A DNA stretch of 64,000 nt. It comes from an uncultured Christensenella sp. (GTDB lineage: Bacteria > Bacillota > Clostridia > Christensenellales > UBA1242). The notes beneath the pieces were generated by a model that was given only the letters and a program-made list of their open reading frames with translations, had not been told where the DNA came from and ran no database searches. Shown here in pieces: positions 54,473-64,000 of this stretch. A program made the translations under genes and the position numbers. Each line of letters begins with the position of its first letter. Position 1 is the first letter of the stretch. Where the stretch lies: the NCBI GenBank assembly GCA_949841595.1, contig CATKZB010000001.1, forward strand, positions 170,418 through 234,417, read 5' to 3'.

Positions 54473-55156
54473 ATTGTTGATAACTTCACCCTCTTGCAAA
54501 TCAGAAGTTGTTTTCATGCCAGATATGTTTGATAAAAGCCCAATTCTTTGGCAAGAAACTTCATATGCTGTTTTGGTTTCAGTTTCATTTTCGCTCACAG
54601 CTTTGATATATTCTCTTGACTGAATCCTTCCAATTATTTCCACTTTGCAGCCTATTGTCTGATTTGCCATAAATCTTGCATTTCTTCCCCACATAATGCA
54701 AGGGATGTAATCTGATTTATGATAATTAGTCCTGTTAACAGCAAGCAAAACATCACAAATTTCTCTGTTAAATGGTGTTTTGCGATAAATTGGTTCTTTG
54801 CAGATAAATCCAGTAAGTTTAACCTCGTTAATAAATTCATCATTTTGACATAATTCAATCTCTTTGGCAAACAAGTGCAAAACTAATTTGCTCTTTTCTT
54901 GCATGAGTTTGTTATAGCTTCGATATTCGCCTGTAACTTTGAGAAAATCACCTGCATGGAGCTCTTTTCCCATAAGAGTTCGTTCAGAAACAGTCACTGG
55001 GATTGTGTCTTTGATTTTTGAAAGCCTGTCAACTTCCACTTTAAACTCATAAAAGTTTTCTCCTTCAACCTGATGAGAGAGTTCTGGTGCACCAATAATT
55101 TTACCTGAAATTTGTGCATAATTTGTGTTTTCTTCCTTTAAATTTGTGTAATTCAT
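54470..55156 (-). CDS. SSB-family protein with two tandem OB folds and no acidic tip
   Basis: The second half, NEVKLTGFICKEPIYRKTPFNREICDVLLAVNRT...DYIPCIMWGRNA, matches the SSB pattern N-x-V-x-L-x-G-R-x-x-x-P-E...LAVNR...D-F-I-x-C-x-x-W-x-x-x-A. The first half, YAQISGKIIGAPELSH...ENFYEFKVEVDRLS..DTIPVTVSE, is a second OB-like copy. Confidence 0.5.
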   Translation of the reverse strand: MNYTNLKEENTNYAQISGKIIGAPELSHQVEGENFYEFKVEVDRLSKIKDTIPVTVSERTLMGKELHAGDFLKVTGEYRSYNKLMQEKSKLVLHLFAKEIELCQNDEFINEVKLTGFICKEPIYRKTPFNREICDVLLAVNRTNYHKSDYIPCIMWGRNARFMANQTIGCKVEIIGRIQSREYIKAVSENETETKTAYEVSCQRIGLLSNISGMKTTSDLQEGEVINN

Positions 55157-55164
55157 ATTTCCTC

Positions 55165-55929
55165 CTAATTTTTGTGTTGAACGCCATTTCTGTCTATTGT
55201 ATAGTCACTTTCATAAACCAAATCTGAAATTGCAGTAACTTTGTAACCTGCCACTTTAAGTCTGTTTAAAGTCAGTCTTAAAGCATCCAAAATATGATCA
55301 GAATTGTTGTGCATCAAAATTATTGAACCATTTTTAACTCTCGACATCACCCTGTTTGTTATCTCAGAAGCAGAAAGCCCTTTCCAGTCAAGACTGTCCA
55401 CGTCCCATTGAATTGTTTTCAAGTTCAAACTTTCAGCAGTCTCAAGAAGTGCGTTGTTGTAAGAACCAAATGGTGCTCTAAACAATTTGACATCTTTGTT
55501 TGTCACAGCCTTGATTTTTGAAATAGATGTTTCAAGTTCGCTTTTCATTGTTGAAGCTGAAAGTTTAACCATGTCAGGATGAGTGTTTGAATGAGTGCCA
55601 ATCTCAAATCCAGCATCATCAATCGCTTTGGTCATTTCGGTGTAGTCATCCACCCAAAAGCCAACAAGAAAGAATGTCGCCCCCACATCATATTCCTTCA
55701 AGATGTCCAAAATACCCTGTGTTTTGTCAGCACCCCAAGCAGCATCAAAAGAGATGGCCACTTGTTTTTCCTCTGTTTCAACATTGTAAATTGGAACTTT
55801 TCTGGTCGAATATCCAAAATAGACTTGTGCAGAAGTCGAACCATTAACAGAAATTGACAACAACACAGCCACAAGCACAACAGCAACAAAAATTTTGATT
55901 GTTCTTGATTTGATAACGCAGAAATGCAT
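55165..55929 (-). CDS. Polysaccharide deacetylase (NodB homology), PdaB/YlxY-like
   Basis: Signal anchor, then ISFDAAWGADKTQGILDIL...ATFFLVGFWV...GFEIGTHSNTHPDM. Start trimmed to ATG 55929, which has a GAGG SD. Confidence 0.8.
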   Translation of the reverse strand: MHFCVIKSRTIKIFVAVVLVAVLLSISVNGSTSAQVYFGYSTRKVPIYNVETEEKQVAISFDAAWGADKTQGILDILKEYDVGATFFLVGFWVDDYTEMTKAIDDAGFEIGTHSNTHPDMVKLSASTMKSELETSISKIKAVTNKDVKLFRAPFGSYNNALLETAESLNLKTIQWDVDSLDWKGLSASEITNRVMSRVKNGSIILMHNNSDHILDALRLTLNRLKVAGYKVTAISDLVYESDYTIDRNGVQHKN

Positions 55930-56095
55930 ACAAACCTCGCTTTTTATTTTAAAGTTTATTTGCATTTTCAACAATGACAATTTTGACTGAAATAATCTAT
56001 TATTGTTTTAAGTTGTCGAAAATACATGAATTTGAAATTGCTTTCTAAAATAATGTACTTTTGATAACAAAAAAATAGAACATCAATTTGGACAA

Positions 56096-56129
56096 TAAAA
56101 AAGAATGCAAATTCAATGCATTCTCTTTT
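56096..56129 (-). terminator. Terminator after the GLUG-repeat gene
   Basis: AGAATGCA-aattcaa-TGCATTCT, with a T-run on the minus strand. Confidence 0.7.
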
Positions 56130-59100
56130 TTAGCACCAATAGAAAACTTTTAATGTCCATCTGCTATTTACCTGTAGCCATATATCTTTATCTAAGTTGT
56201 TTATGTTTGCTCCATAATAATTATTATCAGAATTGCTCGAAGCTCGATAATAGCAATTTTCAGATGTTACATAATCACTATCACCACATGCCAAATCATG
56301 TGTAAAATCGGGATTAGCTGTTATCTGACATTCAGCATAACATTGGCTAAATTCGGTAGATGACAAAACTTCTCCTACAATACCTGCAACTTCACTTAAA
56401 TCTTCACAAATCATGTTTGTTTTTGAAGACACAGCAAAGAATTTACAGTCTTTTGCAAGTCCCACTATACCACCAAAACGTGATCTATATTTTTGACTGT
56501 TTTTAATAGACTTACCTTGCAATTCAACAACATTTTCTGCATAATCAAAACTTCCGTTGTCTTCATCATTATAAATATTATGATAAGTTATTTTATTCGT
56601 TTGCAATGTGCAATTGAAGGTGTGAACATAAGAGAATTTAGTATTTTCTGCCTCTGCAACAACTGCCCCCACATTTCCAAATCCAGTGAACTTACAGTCT
56701 TTTATTGTCAAGTTTTTGATAGTTGCGCCGTTGGTATAACCAAACAAACCAATGTCAGAGATTTTGTCTCCATCATTGTCTCCACCAATAAATTTAAGAT
56801 TTGAAATCATATGGTGATTTCCGTCATAAACACCTTTGAATGGGTGAGCTTCGCTTCCGATTGGATTGAAGATTTTGCCAAACATATTAATATCTGCAGT
56901 TTGCCTAATTAAACAACTTTCAAAAGTTTCGCCACCATTAACCATTTGACTTAACTTTATCAAATCATCAGCATTGTTAATTTCATAAACACCATTCACA
57001 GCAGTTAAATTTCCAGAAACGTTTGTATAATCTTTTAAATATTTAGCAGTTATTGTTACATCTGAAAGTGAGCCATTATTAGCAAATTTGTATTCTTTGT
57101 TTAATGTCAGCAACTTATCGCCATCACTACCACACACGTAAAGACCTATGTATCTATATCCCTCTGGTACATTTTCTGATTCTTTTACAGTTACTGTAGC
57201 AAAATAGTATGGTTTATCGTAATTTTTATAATCACACTCAAATGTTGGCTTATATCCACCAACACTCGACTCCAAGTTTACTGAATAATTACTTACACTA
57301 AAGAAATAATATAGATCAATTGTGTTATTCCAATCTGAAATATTATTTCCTTTAATTTCTGATACATATTCGGTCAATAGATCTCCCGACCAAACTATAG
57401 ATTCAATATTTTGTCCATTTTGTTTTCTCCAATCATTAAGATAGCCTTTAAAGTCTGCACTTAAATCAGTAAATTCAAAATATCCTTGATTTGCTTTTCT
57501 TTCAACTTTAATATCTCTATTATCAACTGTAAATTTAATAGCAGTTGGAGTTACAGTTCCACCTAAATGGTTTTCATCAGATTTAAAGTCATATTTGCTA
57601 TCAAATTTATCAACATATGTATAGATATTGACAGTATATTCAATAGCTTCTCTTGAAATCTGCACAGTAAATTCATTGACATCTATTAATCTAAATTCTA
57701 ACAATTTATCAAAAGGATCAACTTGTTTATCGTCTCCTATTGAAATAATCCATCTAAAATCAGGATTTGTTGAATCTCCAAAATTTACACACTCAGGTTG
57801 TAATCCAACCTTTAACTCAGAATCACCATCCGACAAAGTCACATTTTCTTCATTGGATTTTAAATTTGTAATTTTAAAACTATATTTATATCCCAATTCA
57901 AATTTGTTTTCAAAGTCGACAGTTTTGTGCATATCATTTGTAACTAGAAAATCAGTCCATGAATCAAAACCACTCCCAGTACCATCCCAAAAAGAAACGT
58001 GTATTTTATAATTTACTTTCTTAAACAAGAAAACCAATTGACCAGCTTCACCATCTTGATATTCATATGAAAAAGTATCATAAAAATAAACTCCTAAAGG
58101 TTCTTCTCTAGGTTTAAAACCATGACGAAGTTTAGCTTCCGTTGCACTATCTTCATATGCAATACCTGCAAATTGATAACCAAATTTTGGCGTAACTTTA
58201 TATTTAATATTATCTTTATAATATATTTCATCGATTGAACAATCATTTATTTCCACTGTTCCAAAATCAGAACTAGAACCGTCAATCAACTTCGTTTTAA
58301 TATCTAAAGAAATTGATTTGTTTTCTAATGTAAACCTTACTACAAATCCATTAACTTGTTTTGTGAAACTAAGATACAAACTATCAGCTTGTGGCACGAC
58401 ACCACCAAAAGATTGAAAGCTAGTGTTATATGATTTACTAATTTCTGCAGAAATATATTTAAGCTTTTCTGTGTTGTAAGTTAGATTTAACAGCTGTTTG
58501 TATCTCAGTTCAATTCTATAGTTAACTCCTCTTAAAAAGTAAATATTTTTAGAGTCAAGGTTTTCAAATTTAGATTTCCATTCTATCTTACCTTTATTAT
58601 CACAAAATCTAACAGATGTCTTTATATTAAATTTTTCTTTTTCTTCTTCAGATAATGTTATGGTTCTATTTGGAAGTTTAACTTGGATAGTATTTATATC
58701 AGCGTCTGAAACGGCAGAACTAGGGACTAACAAACTATTGCCACCTTCTGTCTGTGAAATTTCTTTTGAAACTGCCGAGCTATTATCAAAATAAAAATTT
58801 ACGATTGGAGACATAAACCATGTCTTTTCAGTGCCTTTATGGGTTTCTGGATATGTGTCACCATCTTCGTCAGTATATTCACTTTCATACATCTTATGAG
58901 TGCCAATTTCATTTGACCATGTCAAAACTCCTCTATAAGAAGAATTGTTATTGTAGTTCCATCGCCCCAAATACCAATTGTTATAGTTGTTTAAAAAACT
59001 ATACTCAATTAAATCACCTCTCCATGTTTTATAGCCAAAATGTTGAAAAGAAACCGATACAGATTTTGAATCGTGATTTAAACATTTGTCAATTGGTTTG

Positions 59101-60578
59101 TTATAATCTGTGAAATAATTATTTTTCAAAACATTATTAACAAGGTCACTTGAATCTGTTGTTATTCTGCCAATTATTCTTCCATAAAGGGAATTTGTTT
59201 CTCCTTGCATTTTTCCAGCATTAATGCAATTTGCAACAAGATAGTGAGAATAGTATTCTGTCCAAGAACCTATACCTAAAACTCCCATATGCCATTCAGA
59301 GCCACCAATTTTACCTACAATGCCACCAACATTATTTCCTTGCACATTGATTGTGGCATAATTTAAACATCTGAATATAAGACTATGGTTTGTAACTGAT
59401 CCAACAATTCCTCCGACATTTTCAATTGATGCATTTGAATTTGTTATATTTCCGTAATTTACACAATCATTGATAATTAAAGGGTTGCTATCATTAGTTG
59501 CAGCTGTGCCTATTATTCCTCCTATTGAAGATGTACTATTTAAATTTTTATATTGGACTATTTCAATATCCCCAAAATTAGAACATCCAGTGATAGTTTT
59601 GGTTTTATAATCCATTGCATTTGAAACTAACCCAGCCACATAAAAATGGTTAACTCTCGATATTTTTATATCTGAATAATTATGTGAATTCGAAATGTTT
59701 AAACTGTTTCTTGAAAGACCAATCAACCCACCAAAATAAGCAGTGTCCCAAATTTCAAATCTTACATCGCTTCCAGTGCTATAAAACCTAAATTCATCAC
59801 CATAATACGCGCATGAATATACTGTACAGTCAGATGCAATTCCTAAAATTCCACCAGCATATATGTAATCTAAATTCCAATTGTCCCAAGCTGCTGCACG
59901 AATAATCACATAAGAATAGCAATAACGCATTGTTGTAGACTTTGCATTCCCCACAAAACTTCCAATATGCAATTCATCTGTTCCGTTACCTTCATTAGAA
60001 TATTTAAAAAACTCATAACATCCATCTATTATAAGTGAGTCAATCAAAGCATTTTCTGTTTTTCCAAACAAACCATATGCATTATTATAACGATTTTGGG
60101 AAAGATCTGTTGCTGTTTTATGCATGAAAATCCCAGAAATAGTATGGCTATTTCCATAAAAGCTGCCAGTAAAAGAAAAATCATTTCGCCCTGAGCGACT
60201 TCCTATTGGAGTCCAATAATGAGAAGATAAATCTATATCTCTTTGCAAATAAACACTAGCATTAGAATAATATGCATCTCCAATCTTGCTTCCGTTATTA
60301 ACACACCTTGCAAATTCTGACAATTCTTCAGCAGTCACAATATCGACTCTCATATACGATCCAGAAACACTAATTTGATTTCCCACTTCCAAATTGGCAC
60401 CATAATCACTCCAGTCTCCACTTGGAGTGGCTTTGACTTCTGTTTCTTGTTGATCTTGATCTGAACCTTGATTTTGAAAAATATCTGATGAATTGTCAAC
60501 AAAAAACGCTGTGCCACAAACAAACGAAAGTGACAAGAAAAAAGCCATGATAATTGAAAAAATTATCTTTTTCTTCAT
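56130..60578 (-). CDS. Giant secreted GLUG-motif beta-helix protein (~1482 aa)
   Basis: Signal peptide MKKKIIFSIIMAFFLSLSFVCGTA. Many GLUG-type repeats (IGGIIGTA, VGGIVGSV, VGGIVGKI, FGGLIGLS, AGGILGIA, FGGIVGLA, VAGIVGEV) lie in N- and C-terminal modules, each preceded by ...PIG...F.G.f.GN.H.ISG/N... The central ~700 aa match no family. Start trimmed to ATG 60578. Confidence 0.8.
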   Translation of the reverse strand: MKKKIIFSIIMAFFLSLSFVCGTAFFVDNSSDIFQNQGSDQDQQETEVKATPSGDWSDYGANLEVGNQISVSGSYMRVDIVTAEELSEFARCVNNGSKIGDAYYSNASVYLQRDIDLSSHYWTPIGSRSGRNDFSFTGSFYGNSHTISGIFMHKTATDLSQNRYNNAYGLFGKTENALIDSLIIDGCYEFFKYSNEGNGTDELHIGSFVGNAKSTTMRYCYSYVIIRAAAWDNWNLDYIYAGGILGIASDCTVYSCAYYGDEFRFYSTGSDVRFEIWDTAYFGGLIGLSRNSLNISNSHNYSDIKISRVNHFYVAGLVSNAMDYKTKTITGCSNFGDIEIVQYKNLNSTSSIGGIIGTAATNDSNPLIINDCVNYGNITNSNASIENVGGIVGSVTNHSLIFRCLNYATINVQGNNVGGIVGKIGGSEWHMGVLGIGSWTEYYSHYLVANCINAGKMQGETNSLYGRIIGRITTDSSDLVNNVLKNNYFTDYNKPIDKCLNHDSKSVSVSFQHFGYKTWRGDLIEYSFLNNYNNWYLGRWNYNNNSSYRGVLTWSNEIGTHKMYESEYTDEDGDTYPETHKGTEKTWFMSPIVNFYFDNSSAVSKEISQTEGGNSLLVPSSAVSDADINTIQVKLPNRTITLSEEEKEKFNIKTSVRFCDNKGKIEWKSKFENLDSKNIYFLRGVNYRIELRYKQLLNLTYNTEKLKYISAEISKSYNTSFQSFGGVVPQADSLYLSFTKQVNGFVVRFTLENKSISLDIKTKLIDGSSSDFGTVEINDCSIDEIYYKDNIKYKVTPKFGYQFAGIAYEDSATEAKLRHGFKPREEPLGVYFYDTFSYEYQDGEAGQLVFLFKKVNYKIHVSFWDGTGSGFDSWTDFLVTNDMHKTVDFENKFELGYKYSFKITNLKSNEENVTLSDGDSELKVGLQPECVNFGDSTNPDFRWIISIGDDKQVDPFDKLLEFRLIDVNEFTVQISREAIEYTVNIYTYVDKFDSKYDFKSDENHLGGTVTPTAIKFTVDNRDIKVERKANQGYFEFTDLSADFKGYLNDWRKQNGQNIESIVWSGDLLTEYVSEIKGNNISDWNNTIDLYYFFSVSNYSVNLESSVGGYKPTFECDYKNYDKPYYFATVTVKESENVPEGYRYIGLYVCGSDGDKLLTLNKEYKFANNGSLSDVTITAKYLKDYTNVSGNLTAVNGVYEINNADDLIKLSQMVNGGETFESCLIRQTADINMFGKIFNPIGSEAHPFKGVYDGNHHMISNLKFIGGDNDGDKISDIGLFGYTNGATIKNLTIKDCKFTGFGNVGAVVAEAENTKFSYVHTFNCTLQTNKITYHNIYNDEDNGSFDYAENVVELQGKSIKNSQKYRSRFGGIVGLAKDCKFFAVSSKTNMICEDLSEVAGIVGEVLSSTEFSQCYAECQITANPDFTHDLACGDSDYVTSENCYYRASSNSDNNYYGANINNLDKDIWLQVNSRWTLKVFYWC

Positions 60579-60584
60579 GTTTTT

Positions 60585-60612
60585 ATTATATACAAATTTA
60601 GACAAAAATCAA
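60585..60612 (-). promoter_or_regulatory. Promoter candidate abutting the GLUG-gene ATG (leaderless candidate)
   Basis: Minus strand reads TTGATT-16 nt-TATAAT-aaaaac-ATG. No SD is present. Confidence 0.4.
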
Positions 60613-60703
60613 AATAATTTGGCATTTTTTTCGAATTACTGTAAAAATTGATAATTGATAGTAAATTAAAGGCAAAAATTTGGATTAACTTTACCAAAAA
60701 ACA

Positions 60704-60731
60704 CAAAAAAATATCTCTTAAAAAGAGATAT
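60704..60731 (-). terminator. Terminator after parC
   Basis: ATATCTCTT-aaa-AAGAGATAT, with T7 on the minus strand. Confidence 0.7.
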
Positions 60732-60737
60732 TTTATT

Positions 60738-63458
60738 TTAGTCTTCAAAAGCATAAATTCCCAAGAATTTTTTCTTAACAACTTCTTCTCCAACACTTAA
60801 TCTGTCGCTTGAAACTTTAAGTTTTTTCTTTTCCAAAATTGCAAATTTAAGACCGTGGTCAACAACAACTTTGTCCCCTGTTCCTGCATAAGAAACAAAC
60901 TTGCCAGAATTTTCAAAATTGATAAACTTAACACCTTTTCTGTTTCTTGCACAAATTGGAATCTGCATTGAACTCAGTCGTTTTGCAAAACCATTGTTGG
61001 TCACAATCAAATAGTCATCACTGACATTCTGTCCTGCAAACACAACTGCATCTTTTTCTTCAATATTGATGCCTTTCACTCCACCAGAAATTCTGCCTTG
61101 AACTGCAACTTCACTTTTTTCAAAATTGACACAATTTCCTGATTTGCTCAACATAACAAAAGTTTTTCCCTTGATTTCATGCTCCACATTGATAACCTTG
61201 TCATCATCAGAAAGTTTCATAACTTGATAATAACTTTTTGAAACTACCAAATCTTTTTCAGTGCTTCTCTTGACCATACCATTTTGTGTGAAGAAAACAA
61301 TTTCTCCATCTCCTTCCACTTTCAAAACTGCAACTGGAGTTTCCATAATATCAGCTGTTTTATCGATTTGTTTAAGTGAAATTCCTTTATCTCTCCACTT
61401 ACATTCAGGCAGTTTGTCCACCACTGATTTCAAACAATTTCCCTTGTCAGTGAAAATCAACACAGTGTCAGTTGGTTTGACATGAACCAAAGTTGTGTGA
61501 ATGTCAAACAAGGTCGAACCATCTGAAATGGTCTTTTGAGATTTTGAATAATTCTTCAAACTAACTTTTTTCAAAGTTTTTCCAGCTGAAAGAGCAATCA
61601 AATAATCTTTTGTATCTTCCACTTCTTCAATCTTTGCCAAAACAATTTCTTCGCCTTTTGCTTCTATCGAGCGTCTTGGCGTGTTAAACTTTTTCTTAAT
61701 TTCCAAAATTTCTTTCTTGACTACTTCAAGTTGAAGCTTTTTAGAACCCAAAATTGCTTCCAGTTCTTTAATCCTAGCTTTCAAACCTGCCAATTCTTCG
61801 GTCAGTTTTGTTACTTCCAAATTCACAAGTCTTGCAAGTCTCATATCCAAGATTGCCTGTGCCTGTTTTTCTGACAAGTTGAATTTTGCACGTAATTTTT
61901 GTCTTGCTTCTGAAACATTGGAAGAAGTTTTGATGATTTTGATAACTGCATCTATGTTTTTGATGGCAATCAGCAAGCCTTCAACAATATGTGCCCGATC
62001 TTTCGCCACATTTAAATCAAATTTTGTTCTTCTGACCACAACATCTCTTTGGAATGCCGTATAATAAGAAATGATTTCCATCAAATTTAAAAGTTTTGGC
62101 TTTCCCCCAGCAATTGCAACCATATTGATTGCATAAGATGTTTGCAAATTTGTTGATTGAAACAAATAGCCCAAAATCTTCTTTGCATTTGCTTCTTTTT
62201 TAAGACGAATGACAGCTCTCATTCCATTCCTGTCACTCTCATCTCTGATTTCACTAATCACAGAAAGTTTATCTTTATTCTTCTCTTTAAGTTCAGCAAT
62301 TTTTTGCAAAAGTTGAGCTTTGTTAACCTGATAAGGAAGTTCTGTGATAACCAAACTTTGCTTATCGCCATTTTGTTCAATCCCCACCTTTGCACGGATG
62401 ATAATCTTTCCTTTTCCTGTTTCATATGCACTTTTAATGCCGTCACCCAAAATAAGTTCTCCACCCGTTGGAAAATCAGGACCTTTTATGATTTTCATCA
62501 TGCTTTCAAGCTTGATATTTGGATTTTCAATATAAGCAACCACACCGTCAATAACTTCTCCCAAGTTATGTGGTGGAATGTTTGTTGCCACACCAACTGC
62601 AATTCCCGAAGCACCATTCACAAGCAAGTTTGGAAATCTTCCCGGCAAAACATCTGGCTCTTTCAAAGTGTCATCAAAGTTAAGTCCCCAACGAACAGTA
62701 TCTTTTTCCAAATCTCGCAAAATTTCCATTGCAAGAGGAGTCATTCTAGCTTCAGTGTAACGCATTGCTGCAGCACTGTCACCGTCAATCGAACCAAAAT
62801 TTCCATGACCGTCAACTAACGGTGCTCTCAGCACAAAGTCTTGAGACATACGCACCATGGCATCGTAAACAGAACTATCGCCATGAGGGTGATATTTACC
62901 CATACAATCACCAACGATACGTGCCGATTTTCTGTAAGGTTTGTCTGGTGTAAGTCCAAGTTCCAACATCGAATACAAAATTCTTCTTTGAACAGGTTTA
63001 AGTCCATCTTCCACTCTTGGCAAAGCTCTGTCCATAACAACATGTTCTGTGTATGGAATCATGGAATCATGCAAGACCTCTTCAAGTGGCTTAAACAAAA
63101 TTCCACTGCCATCAAAAGTCCCACCACCATTTCCATTTGAACCATTTCCAGAATTATCTTGTTCTTCTGACACTTCTTCCAGAATATCCTCGGCTTTAAC
63201 TTCAGTTTTTAACGAACTTTCAACACTTTTTCTTGGTTCTGCATTTTTGGAAGCATTTTTAACAGAACTAATCTCATTTTTTGTTGCCATGCTCCAAATG
63301 TCAAGTTGTCCTTCCACTGCAGACTCCACAACCTTCTTTTCTTCTTCCTTTTGTGGAACAAGAAGTTCGTCATAACACATCTGTCCTTCAATAGGTTCGA
63401 TAATATTAGGTTTAAATTCATCGTTGTTTTTCTTGTTGTTATTCACATTAACCCCCAA
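60738..63458 (-). CDS. parC: Type IIA topoisomerase subunit A, ParC-like (no GyrA box seen), with a ~115-aa low-complexity N-terminal extension
   Basis: [20 protein letters not shown]..., ...[18 protein letters not shown]..., and active-site region [10 protein letters not shown]. The C-terminal beta-pinwheel has no QxRGGKG motif. Confidence 0.85.
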   Translation of the reverse strand: MGVNVNNNKKNNDEFKPNIIEPIEGQMCYDELLVPQKEEEKKVVESAVEGQLDIWSMATKNEISSVKNASKNAEPRKSVESSLKTEVKAEDILEEVSEEQDNSGNGSNGNGGGTFDGSGILFKPLEEVLHDSMIPYTEHVVMDRALPRVEDGLKPVQRRILYSMLELGLTPDKPYRKSARIVGDCMGKYHPHGDSSVYDAMVRMSQDFVLRAPLVDGHGNFGSIDGDSAAAMRYTEARMTPLAMEILRDLEKDTVRWGLNFDDTLKEPDVLPGRFPNLLVNGASGIAVGVATNIPPHNLGEVIDGVVAYIENPNIKLESMMKIIKGPDFPTGGELILGDGIKSAYETGKGKIIIRAKVGIEQNGDKQSLVITELPYQVNKAQLLQKIAELKEKNKDKLSVISEIRDESDRNGMRAVIRLKKEANAKKILGYLFQSTNLQTSYAINMVAIAGGKPKLLNLMEIISYYTAFQRDVVVRRTKFDLNVAKDRAHIVEGLLIAIKNIDAVIKIIKTSSNVSEARQKLRAKFNLSEKQAQAILDMRLARLVNLEVTKLTEELAGLKARIKELEAILGSKKLQLEVVKKEILEIKKKFNTPRRSIEAKGEEIVLAKIEEVEDTKDYLIALSAGKTLKKVSLKNYSKSQKTISDGSTLFDIHTTLVHVKPTDTVLIFTDKGNCLKSVVDKLPECKWRDKGISLKQIDKTADIMETPVAVLKVEGDGEIVFFTQNGMVKRSTEKDLVVSKSYYQVMKLSDDDKVINVEHEIKGKTFVMLSKSGNCVNFEKSEVAVQGRISGGVKGINIEEKDAVVFAGQNVSDDYLIVTNNGFAKRLSSMQIPICARNRKGVKFINFENSGKFVSYAGTGDKVVVDHGLKFAILEKKKLKVSSDRLSVGEEVVKKKFLGIYAFED

Positions 63459-63479
63459 ATATGTCTAAACAAATTAATC

Positions 63480-64000
63480 TTAATTTTCTATGTTTTTATA
63501 ATCTCTCATAAATGTATCTTCACGGTCAAAGTTTGCATGCTCGCTGATGTATGCCTTTCTTTCTTCAATGTCATCTCCCATAAGAGTCGTTATCATCTTT
63601 TCAGCTTGAGCTGCATCTTCAATCGTCACTTGAACAAGAGTTCTGTTTGCTGGATCCATAGTTGTTTCCCAAAGTTGTTCAGGATTCATCTCTCCAAGAC
63701 CTTTATATCTTTGAATCATATATCCTTTTCCTGCTGCAGCCACGGCTTCAGAAAGTTCAGCATCTGAATAAACATATTTTTCATAATCTTTCTTATAAAC
63801 TTTGTAGAGTGGTGGAAGTCCAATGAAAACATGTCCATCATTGATAAGTGGTTTCATATAGCGATAAAAGAAAGTCAAAAGAATTGCACGGATATGAGCA
63901 CCATCTTGGTCGGCATCCGACAAAATGATAACTTTGTTATATCTAAGTGACGACAAATCAAAATCTTCGCCAAATCCTGTGTCAAGAGCAGAAATAATCG
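63480..64000 (-). CDS. parE: Type IIA topoisomerase subunit B (ParE/GyrB), C-terminal part; N-terminus lies right of the window
   Basis: Toprim/tail motifs ILSDADQDGAHIRAILLTFFYRYM, LPPLYK and RYKGLGEMNPEQLWETTMDP. The reading frame stays open to the window edge. Confidence 0.85.
   Translation of the reverse strand, partial: IISALDTGFGEDFDLSSLRYNKVIILSDADQDGAHIRAILLTFFYRYMKPLINDGHVFIGLPPLYKVYKKDYEKYVYSDAELSEAVAAAGKGYMIQRYKGLGEMNPEQLWETTMDPANRTLVQVTIEDAAQAEKMITTLMGDDIEERKAYISEHANFDREDTFMRDYKNIEN

Noticed and set aside
62157-62819. 220-aa plus-strand ORF inside parC, and similar long antisense ORFs (e.g. 52967..53482, 10662..11153, 17228..17713, 46615..47094)
   Set aside because: Each lies antisense to a strongly supported housekeeping gene. 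All have low-complexity or implausible sequences with no start signals. They are typical shadow ORFs in AT-rich DNA.

Overview
This is a 64-kb chromosomal segment from a low-GC Firmicutes genome, probably Clostridia-like; GC is about one third by eye, not computed. All calls rest on reading the six-frame ORFs and the DNA and on recalled family motifs; no searches were run.

Content: about 60 CDS, roughly 80% on the minus strand, and one tRNA-Ser(GGA). I recognised no rRNA, CRISPR array, transposase, integrase or phage gene. Syntenic housekeeping blocks dominate:
- fhs (partial), Nudix, GNAT, mnmA
- scpA-scpB
- miaB-mutS-mutL-miaA
- ftsK-rimO-pgsA-cinA-like-recA
- minD-minE
- tsaE-tsaB, rnj, greA, gpmI
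- parE (partial)-parC
- Sporulation or cell-wall-flavoured genes: SpoIVFB-like M50 protease, SpoIIM-like protein, DacB-like carboxypeptidase, two PdaB/YlxY-like deacetylases and a class A PBP.

I cannot point to a canonical defence or mobile system. The observations most worth a second look are:
1. Three C/G homopolymer tracts of 8-9 nt, unexpected in an AT-rich genome. Two sit inside ORFs and one sits in a promoter spacer; they are candidate phase-variation switches.
2. At least five genes where a -10 hexamer lies exactly 6 nt upstream of the ATG and no Shine-Dalgarno is present (candidate leaderless mRNAs).
3. A remodelled mre/min locus. A Ppx/GppA-like protein and a membrane-anchored trypsin-fold protein both appear to have lost catalytic residues. 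They sit with a divergent MreB and a serine hydrolase where mreC/mreD/minC are usually found, followed by a MinE without a membrane-targeting helix.
4. A 218-bp intergenic region with five same-orientation Spo0A-box-like heptamers and a 17-bp perfect repeat. It lies between two half-size TauE/TSUP genes.
5. Two giant secreted proteins: 1281 aa with CBM-like repeats, a C-terminal TM and a basic cytoplasmic tail; and about 1480 aa with GLUG beta-helix modules. A zinc-ribbon protein with an extremely acidic tail lies next to the first.
6. A MiaB that lacks its TRAM domain.
7. An ORF-poor, structure-prone 430-bp region with an internal duplication upstream of the tRNA.
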